Made by a program: the position numbers and the translations under genes. Source: Hyphomicrobiales bacterium (lineage in GTDB: Bacteria > Pseudomonadota > Alphaproteobacteria > Rhizobiales > HXMU1428-3). Taken from it: a stretch of 63,911 bases of DNA. The notes beneath the pieces were generated by a model that worked only from the letters and a program-made list of their open reading frames with translations, had not been told where the DNA came from and made no database searches. Shown here one piece after another: positions 38,852 through 49,768 of this stretch. Position 1 is the stretch's first letter; every line of letters starts with the position of its first letter. The stretch lies in the NCBI GenBank assembly GCA_017640685.1, contig JAEPQF010000002.1, forward strand, positions 1-63,911, read 5' to 3'.

Positions 38852-38899
38852 ATCTCTTCTTACTATCGTTCACACCTTGCCCCCTCAAAACAGAAGAAT

Positions 38900-38913
38900 G
38901 TGATTTAAGTCAA
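38900..38913 (+). promoter_or_regulatory. Degenerate FNR/FixK box upstream of hemN
   Basis: GTGAT-TTAA-GTCAA (2 mismatches to TTGAT-N4-ATCAA); hemN is a classic FNR/FixK target. Confidence 0.45.
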
Positions 38914-38969
38914 ATATCAAGAAAATAAATGCTGCTATAAAAATCTTAGGCAATTAAAAGAGCACATTT

Positions 38970-40262
38970 ATGGAACAAATCCCAAGATACACAAGTTACC
39001 CAACAGCCCCAAACTTTCACGAAAATGTTGATGGAAACTTATCCCAAAACTTAACTAGCCAATTACAAAGTAAAGATATTTTATCTCTCTATTTTCACAT
39101 CCCCTTTTGCCGACAGCTATGCTGGTTTTGCGGTTGCCATACAAAAATCGTAAATGGCTACAGCCCAATAAAACAATATATGGAGCTTTTAAAACAAGAA
39201 GTCATAATGCAAGCCAATTATTCTGGCGCAAATATTGTAAAATACATGCACTTTGGCGGCGGCTCTCCAACCATAATTGAACCAGATGATTTCACGAATT
39301 TCATGAATGTGCTTCGGTCTAATTATGATATTTTAGATGATGCTGAAATTGCTATTGAAATTGACCCAAGAACCATAAACAAAGAAAAAATATTGTCTTA
39401 TGCAACGAATGGTGTAAACAGGGCAAGCCTTGGCGTTCAAGATTTTAATCAACAAGTCCAGCGAGCCATAAACCGTCATCAATCATATGATCTTGTTAAA
39501 AACGTCATCGAAAAATTACACAATGCAAACATCAATGAGATCAATCTTGATTTAATTTATGGATTACCCTTCCAAACTTTAGAGACCATAAAAAAGACAA
39601 TTGATTACACACTAAAACTAGATCCCAATCGCATCTCACTATTCGGATATGCTCATGTTCCCTGGATGAAAAAACACCAAGAACTCATCCCGACTGAAGC
39701 GTTACCTAATCCTGAACAAAGAATGGAAATGTTTGATTTTGCTTGTGATTATTTAACAAAAAACGGGTATGTCTCAATCGGGTTAGATCATTTTGTAAAA
39801 CCTGATGATAGTTTAGCCATCGCACAAGAAGAACAAAAATTACAGCGCAACTTCCAAGGATATACAATAGATAGAGCTGACGCACTTTTAGGATTTGGTG
39901 TATCCTCAATCTCAACATTACCTACAGCATATTTGCAAAACACACCAAATTACAGAGAATATGTGGCTTCAATTGAAAATGGTGACTTACCCATTGCTAG
40001 AGGTATAGAGCTCACTAACGACGATATAAAAAGACGAGAAATAATCATGTCAATCATGTGTGGTCTAAAAACAAAAGTATGCGCAAACGAATTTGCAACC
40101 GAACTAGCAAGTCTAGCACTTCTCATAAAGCAAGATATCGTGAACTATAAAGACGGCTTTTTAATTATGAATAAAAAAGAGCATCATCAGTTCAGAAAAG
40201 TCGCTTCAAAATTTGACACATACCTAAAAGATAACCAATTCTCATTTTCACAAGCCGTCTGA
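38970..40262 (+). CDS. hemN: Oxygen-independent coproporphyrinogen III oxidase
   Basis: PRYTSYPTA, SLYFHIPFCRQLCWFCGC, HFGGGSPT, YAHVPW, GLDHF, RNFQGY. Confidence 0.93.
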   Translation: MEQIPRYTSYPTAPNFHENVDGNLSQNLTSQLQSKDILSLYFHIPFCRQLCWFCGCHTKIVNGYSPIKQYMELLKQEVIMQANYSGANIVKYMHFGGGSPTIIEPDDFTNFMNVLRSNYDILDDAEIAIEIDPRTINKEKILSYATNGVNRASLGVQDFNQQVQRAINRHQSYDLVKNVIEKLHNANINEINLDLIYGLPFQTLETIKKTIDYTLKLDPNRISLFGYAHVPWMKKHQELIPTEALPNPEQRMEMFDFACDYLTKNGYVSIGLDHFVKPDDSLAIAQEEQKLQRNFQGYTIDRADALLGFGVSSISTLPTAYLQNTPNYREYVASIENGDLPIARGIELTNDDIKRREIIMSIMCGLKTKVCANEFATELASLALLIKQDIVNYKDGFLIMNKKEHHQFRKVASKFDTYLKDNQFSFSQAV

Positions 40263-40575
40263 TATTTGAAACGAAGCTAAAAAGCATATCTCAATATAAA
40301 TAGTAAATTTGAGTTTGAAGAATGCTAAAATAAAGAAATAAATTAATCTGCCCTAACCAATTACCCACTTAAAGAAAAACCTTAAAATCGACGGACATCA
40401 AACGACCACCGGCCAACCATCAGCCAATGCACTGACACATCGCAAATCTAAGCAAAGAAAAAATAATCATGAAATGAAGAAATGATGTGTGTGAGAGGGT
40501 TAACCTAGAACCAAACAATGCAGGTTGTGTTGGCGGGCGGCAACCTGCAAACAAAGAATCGGAATTCGAAGAATT

Positions 40576-40662
40576 TGGTGCGGTCGAGAAGACTCGAACT
40601 TCCACCCGTGTTACCGGACAGCGACCTCAACGCTGCGCGTCTACCAGTTCCGCCACGACCGC
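40576..40662 (-). tRNA. tRNA-Leu (anticodon GAG)
   Basis: GCGGTCGTGGCGGAACTGGTAGACGCGCAGCGTT-GAG-GTCGCTG..long variable arm..GGAAGTTCGAGTCTTCTCGACCGCACCA; CCA encoded. Confidence 0.97.
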
Positions 40663-40873
40663 ACAATAAAGTAAAGGCTGGTAGGTTCACGAAAGCACCG
40701 CAAACTCCCTTACTAAGAGAAAGACATGTAACAAACATGCCATTTGAAGGCAAGTGCTTTTTCTTTCAAAAATAACAACAAAATCGATTGTTTTTTGATA
40801 ATTTGAAGATCACGAAGGCTATTTATTTTAGCCATCAATGAACATCTAAACTGACAGTTAAAAATAAAAAAAT

Positions 40874-41119
40874 TTATGCCGCCATATCGCTAAGGTTATA
40901 TTTTTGGGTGATTTCGACTGTAATGCGATCTCCCTCAACAATGACCTCACCTCTGCCAATCGGTACCATATTTGCTAAAATTTCAACTTCATCAGTTACA
41001 TTCGCTTCAAGTTCAATCACAGCCCCCCGGCCCATGCGCAAAAGATGATTGATCGGCATAACCCGCCGGCCAATGACCACGCTTAACTCTATTTCCACTC
41101 CAGAAATGGGAACCATCAC
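40874..41119 (-). CDS. FliM/FliN C-terminal (SpoA) domain small protein
   Basis: ELSVVIG...MPI..LL.MGRGAVIEL...RGEV; standalone beside lipB. Confidence 0.8.
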   Translation of the reverse strand: MMVPISGVEIELSVVIGRRVMPINHLLRMGRGAVIELEANVTDEVEILANMVPIGRGEVIVEGDRITVEITQKYNLSDMAA

Positions 41120-41305
41120 TAAAATTCCTTAAGCAATCAATTCGTAAATTAATAACAAAAATGGTATCAAAACCATAGACCGAAACAATCTATGAGCTTC
41201 TCAAGCCAATTGAGACTATAAAACTCATCAAACAAGTTTGACTGGCAAGCATATAGCCCTATATTTCGAGTCACTATTCTAATTGTGTTGGAGCTTAGTT
41301 ACCGA

Positions 41306-41968
41306 ATGGTAAACAAAATTAATTTTGAAAGTGATGTTCACTGGAAAATAAGCAAAACTCTCATTTCATACCCTGATGCTCTAACTTTTATGGAAAAAAG
41401 AGTAGAACAAATTCACAAAGGTGAAGAACCTGAGTGCATATGGCTTCTCGAACACCCACCTCTATACACAGCCGGCACCAGTGCTGAAGATAAAGATCTC
41501 CTCACCCCTAATCGCTTCCCCGTTTATAAAACAGGAAGAGGCGGCGAATACACCTATCATGGACCAGGACAAAAAATTGCATACATCATGCTAGATTTAA
41601 ACAAGCGGAAAAAAGATGTTCGCTGGTTTATTCATGAAATTGAAGGTTGGATCATTGATATTTGCGCCGAATTCAATATTGATTGCACAAGAAGAGAAGG
41701 GCGAGTTGGCCTTTGGGTACCACAGCCTCAAAGAGGGCCCAACATAGATGATAAAATTGCAGCTATTGGCATTCGTTTACGCAAATGGGTCAGTTTTCAC
41801 GGACTAAGTTTAAACCTCACCCCAAACTTAGAGCATTTTAACGGTATCGTACCATGCGGCATCAAAGACCATGGGGTAACGAGTTTTGAAAAATTAAACA
41901 TTGCCTATACTGAAGACAAAATTCATTCAGCTTTTCAAGCTCACTTTCAAAACCATTTTAAACCATAG
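41306..41968 (+). CDS. lipB: Lipoyl(octanoyl) transferase
   Basis: LLEHPPLYTAGT, RGGEYTYHGPGQ, KIAAIG, HGLSLN, IVPCGI. Confidence 0.95.
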   Translation: MVNKINFESDVHWKISKTLISYPDALTFMEKRVEQIHKGEEPECIWLLEHPPLYTAGTSAEDKDLLTPNRFPVYKTGRGGEYTYHGPGQKIAYIMLDLNKRKKDVRWFIHEIEGWIIDICAEFNIDCTRREGRVGLWVPQPQRGPNIDDKIAAIGIRLRKWVSFHGLSLNLTPNLEHFNGIVPCGIKDHGVTSFEKLNIAYTEDKIHSAFQAHFQNHFKP

Positions 41969-41973
41969 AAAAA

Positions 41974-42498
41974 CTATTCCATACAATCAATTAATGCAAG
42001 CGCCCGCTCTTCACCTGAAATATGCATGCGAGACGGTTGAGCATATTTTCGCATGTCTTCTTGAACATCAGCTACATCATTTAAAGTAAACACACCGCTT
42101 CGAATTAAAGATCGAATGGCATAACAATCTGCCTCTTGCTCAGCCATTTGCCCCGGTTGTCGAAAATACAGATGCCCGAGCACATGATGACCACATTCAT
42201 GAGCAATAAAAAACAATTGTGAAGCTTTCGATAGTTTGGTTAAACGACGAATGTTCAAAATCGTCATCGGCCCCATAGGAACACCGCGATGACGCATCAA
42301 ATCTGAAAACGCAACATCATTTAAACTATCATTTCGAACATGAAGCACAGGACGGCTATAATAATCCGTACAGCGCGTATCTAGATATTTATGTCCTTCT
42401 GAAGGAAGAACTCGTCCCTGTTTAGCTTGAGAAAATACGGCCGGAATACTTAAAAAGGACAGGCATAAAAACAGAACAAAGGTTGTTTTTAATCTCAT
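41974..42498 (-). CDS. Secreted zincin-like (HExxH) hypothetical protein
   Basis: Signal peptide; FFIAHECGHH and EQEADCYA. Confidence 0.7.
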   Translation of the reverse strand: MRLKTTFVLFLCLSFLSIPAVFSQAKQGRVLPSEGHKYLDTRCTDYYSRPVLHVRNDSLNDVAFSDLMRHRGVPMGPMTILNIRRLTKLSKASQLFFIAHECGHHVLGHLYFRQPGQMAEQEADCYAIRSLIRSGVFTLNDVADVQEDMRKYAQPSRMHISGEERALALIDCME

Positions 42499-42605
42499 GA
42501 GAAGCAGTCTCCTTTAATAAATTAAAGTCTCACTCCCTAACCTCATGATGACATTAGTTCTGTTTCTATGTCAAATCGCTTCAATTTTGTAAGTGAATAA
42601 ACCCC

Positions 42606-44621
42606 TTATTCAAATTCCATAATAATCGCATCAACAGCCAAACTATCACCTGGAGCTGCATTAATCTTAGTCACCACAGTATCACGCTCAGCTCTGAGGA
42701 TGTTTTCCATCTTCATCGCTTCAACAATACAAAGTGATTGTCCAGCTTTAATCTCATCACCTTCTTCAACCATGATGTTAACCACCAAACCGGGCATAGG
42801 ACAAAGCAGAAGTTTAGATGTGTCTGGTGCTTCTTTAATAGGCATTAAAGATGAAAGCTCAGCTTCTCGTTTTGTATAAACATAGGCTGGTGAGGTCACA
42901 CCTGAATAAGAAAGTTCATAACCATTATCAATCGGTCGAACTTGAACAGCCACCTCTTTACCATCAACAGAGCCAACCCATAAAGGCTGACCAAACCACC
43001 AGTTTGATGAAACAGAAACGTCTCCAGCACCTTCACCTTGGAAATGAATGGTTAAATCGTCCGCCTCAGCTGAAACCTGCTCAACGCGAAGTTCCTGACG
43101 CACATCAGAAATAACAACAACTCTGTCTTCAGCAAAAACAACTGGACGCCCTTCCATCTGATCAGAAATATGACGGCGCCGTGTATTACCAAGATAATCA
43201 ATCGCGGCAGCCACACAAGAAAGCACCTTCAACTCTTCACCTTCAGCAGCACGAGGTTCAAAACCATCCGGATATTCATCCGCAATAAAGCTGGTCGAAA
43301 TATTTCCAGATACCCAGCGCTCATGTTGCATAATCGCACTCAAGAAAGGAACGTTATGTTGAATACCATCAATATAGAACCGGTCCAATGCACCAGCCAT
43401 ATGCTCAATCGCTTCAGCACGTGTCGGTGCATGAGTAATAAGCTTTGCGATCATAGGGTCATAAAACATTGAAATTTCACCGCCCTCATAAACACCGGTA
43501 TCATTTCTAATGGTCAAACCGTTTTCAGTGCTCTCTGCAGGCGGTTGATAGCGCACCAAACGACCAATTGATGGCAAGAAATTACGATACGGATCTTCCG
43601 CATAAATCCGGCTTTCAATTGACCAACCATTGATTTTAATATCAGATTGAGAAATTTCGAGCTTTTCACCAGCAGCCACTTTGATCATCTGCTCAACAAG
43701 ATCAACATCCGTGATCAACTCAGTCACCGGATGTTCCACCTGCAAGCGGGTATTCATTTCAAGGAAATAAAAATTGCGATCTTTATCAACGATAAACTCA
43801 ACAGTACCCGCACTTTCATATTCAACAGCCTTAGCAAGTGCTACAGACTGCTCGCCCATTTCCTTGCGGGTTGCTTCATCAAGAAATGAACTTGGCGCCT
43901 CTTCTAGAACTTTTTGGTTCCGGCGTTGAATAGAACATTCACGCTCATTGAGATAAACCACATTACCATGCTTATCAGCAAGCACCTGAATTTCAATATG
44001 ACGAGGTTCTACAATAAATTTTTCAATAAAAATTCGGTCATCACCAAAGCTAGACATCGCTTCAGATTTAGAAGCATTGAAGCCTTCTTCAACTTCTCCC
44101 TCAGAATGAGCAATCCGCATGCCCTTACCGCCACCACCAGCTGACGCTTTAATCATCACCGGATAGCCAATGTCATTAGCAATTTTAATCGCTTCTTCAG
44201 CGGTTTCAATTTCACCCATATAACCAGGAACGGTATTCACCTTGGCATCATTAGCAAACTTCTTTGATTCAATCTTATCGCCCATCACTTCGATGGCTTT
44301 TACATTCGGTCCGATAAAAGCAATGCCTGCATCTTTCAATGCTTTCGCAAAATCAGCATTTTCAGATAAAAAGCCATAGCCAGGATGAATTGCTTCAGCG
44401 CCAGTTTCCTTGGCAGCTGCGATAATTTTCTCAATGACCAAATAACTTTCAGCCGCTGCCGCCGCGCCTACGTGAACAGCTTCATCTGCCATTGCAACAT
44501 GAAGTGCATTTTTATCGGCATCAGAATAAACAGCAACAGTTGCAATGCCCATTTTTCTGGCTGATTTAATCACTCGGCAAGCAATTTCACCACGATTAGC
44601 TATAAGAATTTTTTTGAACAT
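42606..44621 (-). CDS. pccA: Propionyl-CoA carboxylase alpha subunit (biotin carboxylase + biotin carrier)
   Basis: MFKKILIANRGEIA, HPGYGFLSEN, GGGGKGMR, EMNTRLQVEH, EAMKME biotin site; start 44621. Confidence 0.92.
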   Translation of the reverse strand: MFKKILIANRGEIACRVIKSARKMGIATVAVYSDADKNALHVAMADEAVHVGAAAAAESYLVIEKIIAAAKETGAEAIHPGYGFLSENADFAKALKDAGIAFIGPNVKAIEVMGDKIESKKFANDAKVNTVPGYMGEIETAEEAIKIANDIGYPVMIKASAGGGGKGMRIAHSEGEVEEGFNASKSEAMSSFGDDRIFIEKFIVEPRHIEIQVLADKHGNVVYLNERECSIQRRNQKVLEEAPSSFLDEATRKEMGEQSVALAKAVEYESAGTVEFIVDKDRNFYFLEMNTRLQVEHPVTELITDVDLVEQMIKVAAGEKLEISQSDIKINGWSIESRIYAEDPYRNFLPSIGRLVRYQPPAESTENGLTIRNDTGVYEGGEISMFYDPMIAKLITHAPTRAEAIEHMAGALDRFYIDGIQHNVPFLSAIMQHERWVSGNISTSFIADEYPDGFEPRAAEGEELKVLSCVAAAIDYLGNTRRRHISDQMEGRPVVFAEDRVVVISDVRQELRVEQVSAEADDLTIHFQGEGAGDVSVSSNWWFGQPLWVGSVDGKEVAVQVRPIDNGYELSYSGVTSPAYVYTKREAELSSLMPIKEAPDTSKLLLCPMPGLVVNIMVEEGDEIKAGQSLCIVEAMKMENILRAERDTVVTKINAAPGDSLAVDAIIMEFE

Positions 44622-44885
44622 ATATTTCGACTTTTTCTTTATCTCTATTTTGCGAAAGCTAGTAGTAATCTGAAAACTACCAGCTGAAGCTGCGTTAAAA
44701 AGAGGCATCTAACGCTTAGCAAAATTTCATACGATCCATATTATTTATCAATTTACCGTGTCTCTTTTAAACATTGTTTGTCAGAGGAACAAGCTCTCAC
44801 ATTAAATTTTCTTATAAAGAATAAGAAAAAGTGGGGTAGAAGAATATTTTAAAGATAATTTTTCAAAAATTCTTAGGGATAAGCA

Positions 44886-46376
44886 CTATAAAATTAATCG
44901 ATAGATTAAAGTCGCAATCAAACCAATCCCTGCCATTCCTACAATAAAATCAAACAAAGCTTTAAATCCACCTCTGCCAATAGATGCTAATTTTTTAAGC
45001 TTTTCTTCTTCTGAAAGTGGCTCACCATTGTGTAAATCCTGCAATGTGTTTGCTAATGTCGTCACAACCAACTTTCTCCCATAAATCCCAACAAGAACAT
45101 GCAAAGAAAGAATAATGAGACTGGCTAATAAAGTGGCTATCAAACTAGGCGCCGTTAAACCATAATGAAGAATAATAAGGGCTAGGATGTAAAACATGCC
45201 AGCAAGTGCCTCTAACCCATCATTACAGCGATGCGCTAACCAAAGAGGAGAAAAAATAAAACCAGGCCAACACCAAGATGGTTTCAACTCTCGTCCATCC
45301 TCACGGCTTGTTTGATAATATTTTTCATAAACACTATCATTTTTGCCTAAATAGTCTTTGAAATGCTCTGCTGTCAGCAATGGAAACCCAAAAGCATCAT
45401 AATATGTCTCGGACGTGCCATGAGAAACACCACTTTCACCATGGCGTAAATAATCCATCAAAATTTCAGATTGTTCATGAGATAAAATCCCGTAAACCCG
45501 GCGGTCATTTTGCGTCCAGCCATATTCTTCATCCAAATAATAAAGAATATTCAGCCGCGCATCTCGCTTATACGAGCTTTCAATTTTTCCTTCTGTAAGG
45601 TTTTCTCCCAGCGCCCGTAAAATCTCATATTCAGCATAGTTGGATATATCAAAAGACGCTTCACGAACACGATTGATAAATCTTTTCCATTCATTCCTAT
45701 CCCAAAGTGACCACGGCCCCATTAAGTTCTCAACTTCATCATCAATTTGTTCATAGGTCACATCATCAATATCTGTATCATAAAAGCTGATATCAGGAGA
45801 AGCATCAGAACCAATATCTAGGGCAGTATCTATGTCATCACTTAGTGATTGGTCTTTTTCTTCAAGAGGTTCCTCTAAAGTAAGCGGATCATTAATCCCC
45901 CTTGTCACTTCATCATCTCTAACCAACTCAGCTGATTGGCCAGCAACATGAGATGTATCTGCTCCTCCCTCATCTAAAGTTAAAACATAAGTCTCATCAG
46001 AGCACGGCTCCCCCTTTTCCAAGGCACGTTCAAGAGCATTATTTATAGGAGTATCAACAGTAGTTTTTGCTGTCTCTAGATTATCACATTGATTATCAGA
46101 AGGTTGAGATACATCTTCTTCATGACTAGTGGCCTCTGAACGCGGTGCATCTGGGTCATCATCTTCCTCCTCCCAATCATACTCATAATCAAAATCATAT
46201 TTCGCTAAATAAATAGCTTCATCACGGGCTTCTCTAAGAGTTTGAAAATGTTGTGGATCTTCATCTGGGCGAATGGTTTTCAGCTGTTTGGCGTACGCTC
46301 TCTTAATCGCACGCTCATCATCCGTTTTCTCTATGCCCAAGCGTTCCCAAACGGTTTGATAGGTCTCATTTTCCAT
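44886..46376 (-). CDS. DjlB/DjlC-like J-domain membrane protein (copy 2)
   Basis: WERLGIEKTDDERAIKRAYAKQLK..RPDEDP..FQ.LREA; acidic linker; C-terminal W.W.GFIF..LWL and TM helices. Confidence 0.75.
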   Translation of the reverse strand: MENETYQTVWERLGIEKTDDERAIKRAYAKQLKTIRPDEDPQHFQTLREARDEAIYLAKYDFDYEYDWEEEDDDPDAPRSEATSHEEDVSQPSDNQCDNLETAKTTVDTPINNALERALEKGEPCSDETYVLTLDEGGADTSHVAGQSAELVRDDEVTRGINDPLTLEEPLEEKDQSLSDDIDTALDIGSDASPDISFYDTDIDDVTYEQIDDEVENLMGPWSLWDRNEWKRFINRVREASFDISNYAEYEILRALGENLTEGKIESSYKRDARLNILYYLDEEYGWTQNDRRVYGILSHEQSEILMDYLRHGESGVSHGTSETYYDAFGFPLLTAEHFKDYLGKNDSVYEKYYQTSREDGRELKPSWCWPGFIFSPLWLAHRCNDGLEALAGMFYILALIILHYGLTAPSLIATLLASLIILSLHVLVGIYGRKLVVTTLANTLQDLHNGEPLSEEEKLKKLASIGRGGFKALFDFIVGMAGIGLIATLIYRLIL

Positions 46377-46422
46377 ATATAAAACCCCTTATCCCTCATG
46401 GCATATGAAAAAAATGCACAAC

Positions 46423-47931
46423 CTAAGCATTCATCAAAACAATAAATTTAATCGTGAATATAAAAATAAACAAACTTAAAAAAAGCAAACGCATACTTAG
46501 ACCAAATTTCATTTGCCCTACAGCGTCAAAAAGCAGTCTCATCGGCTGCAAAGAATTAGCTTGGCTGTCATCTTTATCAGATGAATGTCTCTCGATTAAG
46601 TAGGTGTTAAAATTGTTAGCCATTGAGCTAACAGCCAATCTATTTCCCCAAAGGCCACAAAAAATATGCATCAATGATAAAAGAAGTGATCCCGGAAGTA
46701 AAAATTCAAATCGCCAACCATAAGACAATAATCCTGAACCCACCCCAAAAAGAACAAGAAACAAACCGAGCCAATATAAAATACCTAGAAAAATTGAAAA
46801 ATTACTAAGGCGCATCCCCCCCCTTTTAAACTTCAAATCCCGGGCAGCTAAAAAGAAGTTACAAAAGATAAAAGCCTTCCAATTCCAAATATAAAGATAC
46901 GTCTTCCCAGCCTTCATACATTTACGATAATACTCTTTATGCCCTGAATTTTCTCGACCATAATAAAGGTCAAATTCCGGCTCTTTCAAATCTGGAAAAT
47001 TATTGTAAAAATTAAAATTATTTCGCAATCGAACGGCTTCAGGTCGCTTAGAAGCATTAATTAATTTCATCAAACGTGAAGCGTGTTCATCTGATAATTT
47101 TAAAAATAGTTTTCGAAAGTTTTCGTTCCAAAGAAAATTACGATCTAATTCGTATAAAACGCTTTGTATTTTTGAAATATCTGCCTCTGATGCAGTCTCA
47201 AGGTCAGGCAAATGATCAGCAATAACGTCAAGCAATTTCTCTTCAAAAAAATACTTCTGGTCAAACGACCATTCATGCATTGTTTGAAAAATTAAATCCC
47301 ATTTTTCTTCATTCCAAAAATCATTACCAGAAAGATCTTCAGCAAAAATTTTTGAAATTTCTTGAAAGTGAAGAGAGGCATTTCCCTCAAACTCTTTGTC
47401 ATTTGTTTTTATGTTTATAATCTCAGATGAAGGAACCAAATGAGAATTATCAGAACCATCTAACACGTCTGATATTACACGATCTTGAACGAATTCCGCA
47501 GATTGAACTTCTATGTTAGTTGGACTAGAGACACTTTCATCTAAAGTTAAAACATAAGCCTCATCAGAGTGCAGCTCACTATTTTGCAACTCAAGTTTAA
47601 GAGCATTATCTATGGGAGTATCAATTGAGTTTTTTTCAGTTTCTAAATCAGGGTTATGATGAGGATCATCAGAAAGTTGAGAAGTAAGTTCTTGATCAAT
47701 ATCACCCTTCTCTACAGAACTAAATGAGCTTGGGACCTCTTCTCCGTACCACTCATACTCAAATTCATATTTCGCTAAAGATATAGCCTTATCTCGCGCT
47801 TCTCTAAGACTTTGAAAATATTTAGGGTCTTCATCTGGACGAGTAATTTTCAGCTGTTTAGCATAAGCCCGCTTAATTGCACGCTCATCATCCGTTTTCT
47901 CAATGCCCAACCGCTGCCAAACATCCATCAA
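46423..47931 (-). CDS. DjlB/DjlC-like J-domain membrane protein (copy 1)
   Basis: Same N-terminal J-like domain with RPDEDP; WNWKAFIF and C-terminal TM helices. Confidence 0.75.
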   Translation of the reverse strand: MMDVWQRLGIEKTDDERAIKRAYAKQLKITRPDEDPKYFQSLREARDKAISLAKYEFEYEWYGEEVPSSFSSVEKGDIDQELTSQLSDDPHHNPDLETEKNSIDTPIDNALKLELQNSELHSDEAYVLTLDESVSSPTNIEVQSAEFVQDRVISDVLDGSDNSHLVPSSEIINIKTNDKEFEGNASLHFQEISKIFAEDLSGNDFWNEEKWDLIFQTMHEWSFDQKYFFEEKLLDVIADHLPDLETASEADISKIQSVLYELDRNFLWNENFRKLFLKLSDEHASRLMKLINASKRPEAVRLRNNFNFYNNFPDLKEPEFDLYYGRENSGHKEYYRKCMKAGKTYLYIWNWKAFIFCNFFLAARDLKFKRGGMRLSNFSIFLGILYWLGLFLVLFGVGSGLLSYGWRFEFLLPGSLLLSLMHIFCGLWGNRLAVSSMANNFNTYLIERHSSDKDDSQANSLQPMRLLFDAVGQMKFGLSMRLLFLSLFIFIFTIKFIVLMNA

Positions 47932-47934
47932 ACA

Positions 47935-49638
47935 TCAATCCATATCGAACATATTATTCTCTAGGGTCTCTAAACTTTCTGAAAATCGTTCTCTCACCTT
48001 ATCAAGCTCCCGGTTTGATTGATCAGTAATAGCTTGCTCAAAATCAAGAATTAAAGAGCGAACATAATCACGTTGTGCCTTCAAGCTTTCCGCATAAATT
48101 CGCTCAGCTTTCGCAATTAACACAGCATTTTCAGCATGTTCTCTTGGGTGTAGCTTAATCCCGCTTAACGCTTTAAACCGTTTCTCTAATTCTTCATCGG
48201 AAAGGTTGGCCTGGTTTTTAAAAATTTTACGAACTACTTTTTCAGTTGAAAGTGCCTTCACCTCAACTTCAAGTGCACCATTGATGTCATAAGTAAAACG
48301 AACATCAACACCCTCTTTACCAGCCGCCGCCGCTGGCACTTCAACCTTCAAGTCACCAAGCAGAATATTATCTTCAGGGCGCATATTTTCTCCCTGATAA
48401 ATATCTAAATTAATCTGTGTTTGCTTATCTCGGATGGTGAAAAAGTGTTGGCTTTCACTAATTGGTACAACAGCATTGCGCTCAATAATAGGCACAATCA
48501 CCAAGTTATCATAATTGTCATCAACCACAGCAGATGTCCCCAATGTATAAGGGCAAACATCGGTCATCACCACATCTTCAAGCGATTCATTACGCGTCTT
48601 AAGGCCTGTTTGAACGGCAGCCCCCAGAGCTACAATTTCATCTGGGTTTAAATGAGAAAGTGGTAATTTTTGAAATAAGCGACCAACCATCCGGCGGATC
48701 ATAGGGCTACGAGAGGCACCACCAACCATCACAACATTTTCAATATTCTCTGGCCGCAAGGTTGCATCATTAATCGCCCGCTCCATCGGCACCCGCAAAC
48801 GGCGGCGCAATGAATTCGCCAATTCCTCAAATCGATCACGTTGAAACGAACCTTCTAATTTCATTTCGCCAATTTGCGCTGAATAAGTCGCCACTTCACG
48901 AGCAGACAAATCCTTCTTTACCAACTCAGCTAAGCGCAAAACTTTATTCTTATCAGATGCACTCAAGCTTTCCAAATCAAACTCATGATCCGTTGCTAAA
49001 GTCTCAACCAACAAATCCCGAAAATCATTTCCTCCAAGAAAGTTATCGCCAGCTGTTGCCCGCACTTCCATCACATTGTCATACTTATCAAGAATGGAAA
49101 CATCAAAAGTCCCACCACCAAGATCGAAGATGAGAAACTGGCTCTCTTCCACTTCATTTAAGCCATAAGCAAGTGCAGCAGCTGTTGGCTCATTAATAAG
49201 GCTCTCCACCTTAAGACCCGCAAGTTTCCCCGCATCAATCGTGGCCTTGCGTTGAATGTCATTAAAATAAGCCGGAACAGAAATAATCGCTTCAGTCACC
49301 TCTTCACCAAGATGCTGCTCAGCATCAGCTTTTAAAGAGCGAAGTACAAAGGCCGAAAGCTCTTCAGGGCGAAATTGATAAGAAGAAGCGCCATCTCCCA
49401 AAGTCACTTGTTTATCGCTGCCCATCGTCCGCTTAAAATCAGCAATGGTCAAATGAGGGTGTGTAATAAGGCGCTCTTTCGCAGCCTCTCCAATCAAGAT
49501 ATCACCTTGGTCATCAACACCGACAACAGAAGGTGTCAAAAAAGACTTGAGCGCATTCGGAATGAGTTTCGGACCATCATCACTCCAATAAGAAACTAAA
49601 GAATTCGTAGTTCCTAAATCGATACCAACAATAGTCAT
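47935..49638 (-). CDS. hscC: Hsp70 family chaperone HscC
   Basis: [53 protein letters not shown]...N; 567 aa; next to Djl-like proteins. Confidence 0.85.
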   Translation of the reverse strand: MTIVGIDLGTTNSLVSYWSDDGPKLIPNALKSFLTPSVVGVDDQGDILIGEAAKERLITHPHLTIADFKRTMGSDKQVTLGDGASSYQFRPEELSAFVLRSLKADAEQHLGEEVTEAIISVPAYFNDIQRKATIDAGKLAGLKVESLINEPTAAALAYGLNEVEESQFLIFDLGGGTFDVSILDKYDNVMEVRATAGDNFLGGNDFRDLLVETLATDHEFDLESLSASDKNKVLRLAELVKKDLSAREVATYSAQIGEMKLEGSFQRDRFEELANSLRRRLRVPMERAINDATLRPENIENVVMVGGASRSPMIRRMVGRLFQKLPLSHLNPDEIVALGAAVQTGLKTRNESLEDVVMTDVCPYTLGTSAVVDDNYDNLVIVPIIERNAVVPISESQHFFTIRDKQTQINLDIYQGENMRPEDNILLGDLKVEVPAAAAGKEGVDVRFTYDINGALEVEVKALSTEKVVRKIFKNQANLSDEELEKRFKALSGIKLHPREHAENAVLIAKAERIYAESLKAQRDYVRSLILDFEQAITDQSNRELDKVRERFSESLETLENNMFDMD

Positions 49639-49686
49639 TCAACCCTCTTACACTCAAAATTCATCAATAAAAACGGTAACCTAGTT

Positions 49687-49730
49687 AAAACGAAGCCGCA
49701 AACTCAAAAATTAGAATTCACGGCTTCGTT
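49687..49730 (-). terminator. Intrinsic terminator after pccB
   Basis: AACGAAGCCG/CGGCTTCGTT stem with T-tract on the minus strand. Confidence 0.65.
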
Positions 49731-49768
49731 ACTCATTCTCAATAATAGTTAAAAAGGTTAGTCTTTAA

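Noticed and set aside
30121-40662. Genomic island integrated at the tRNA-Leu 3' end
   Set aside because: Accessory-looking genes lie beyond the tRNA 3' end, but I found no integrase and no duplicated tRNA 3' fragment (att) by eye.
40874-41119. Flagellar or type III secretion locus
   Set aside because: Single standalone FliN-like gene next to lipB, with no other flagellar/T3SS genes.
47935-49638. dnaK
   Set aside because: Shorter than DnaK, has HscC-type C-terminal motifs, and is flanked by Djl-like rather than dnaJ/grpE genes.
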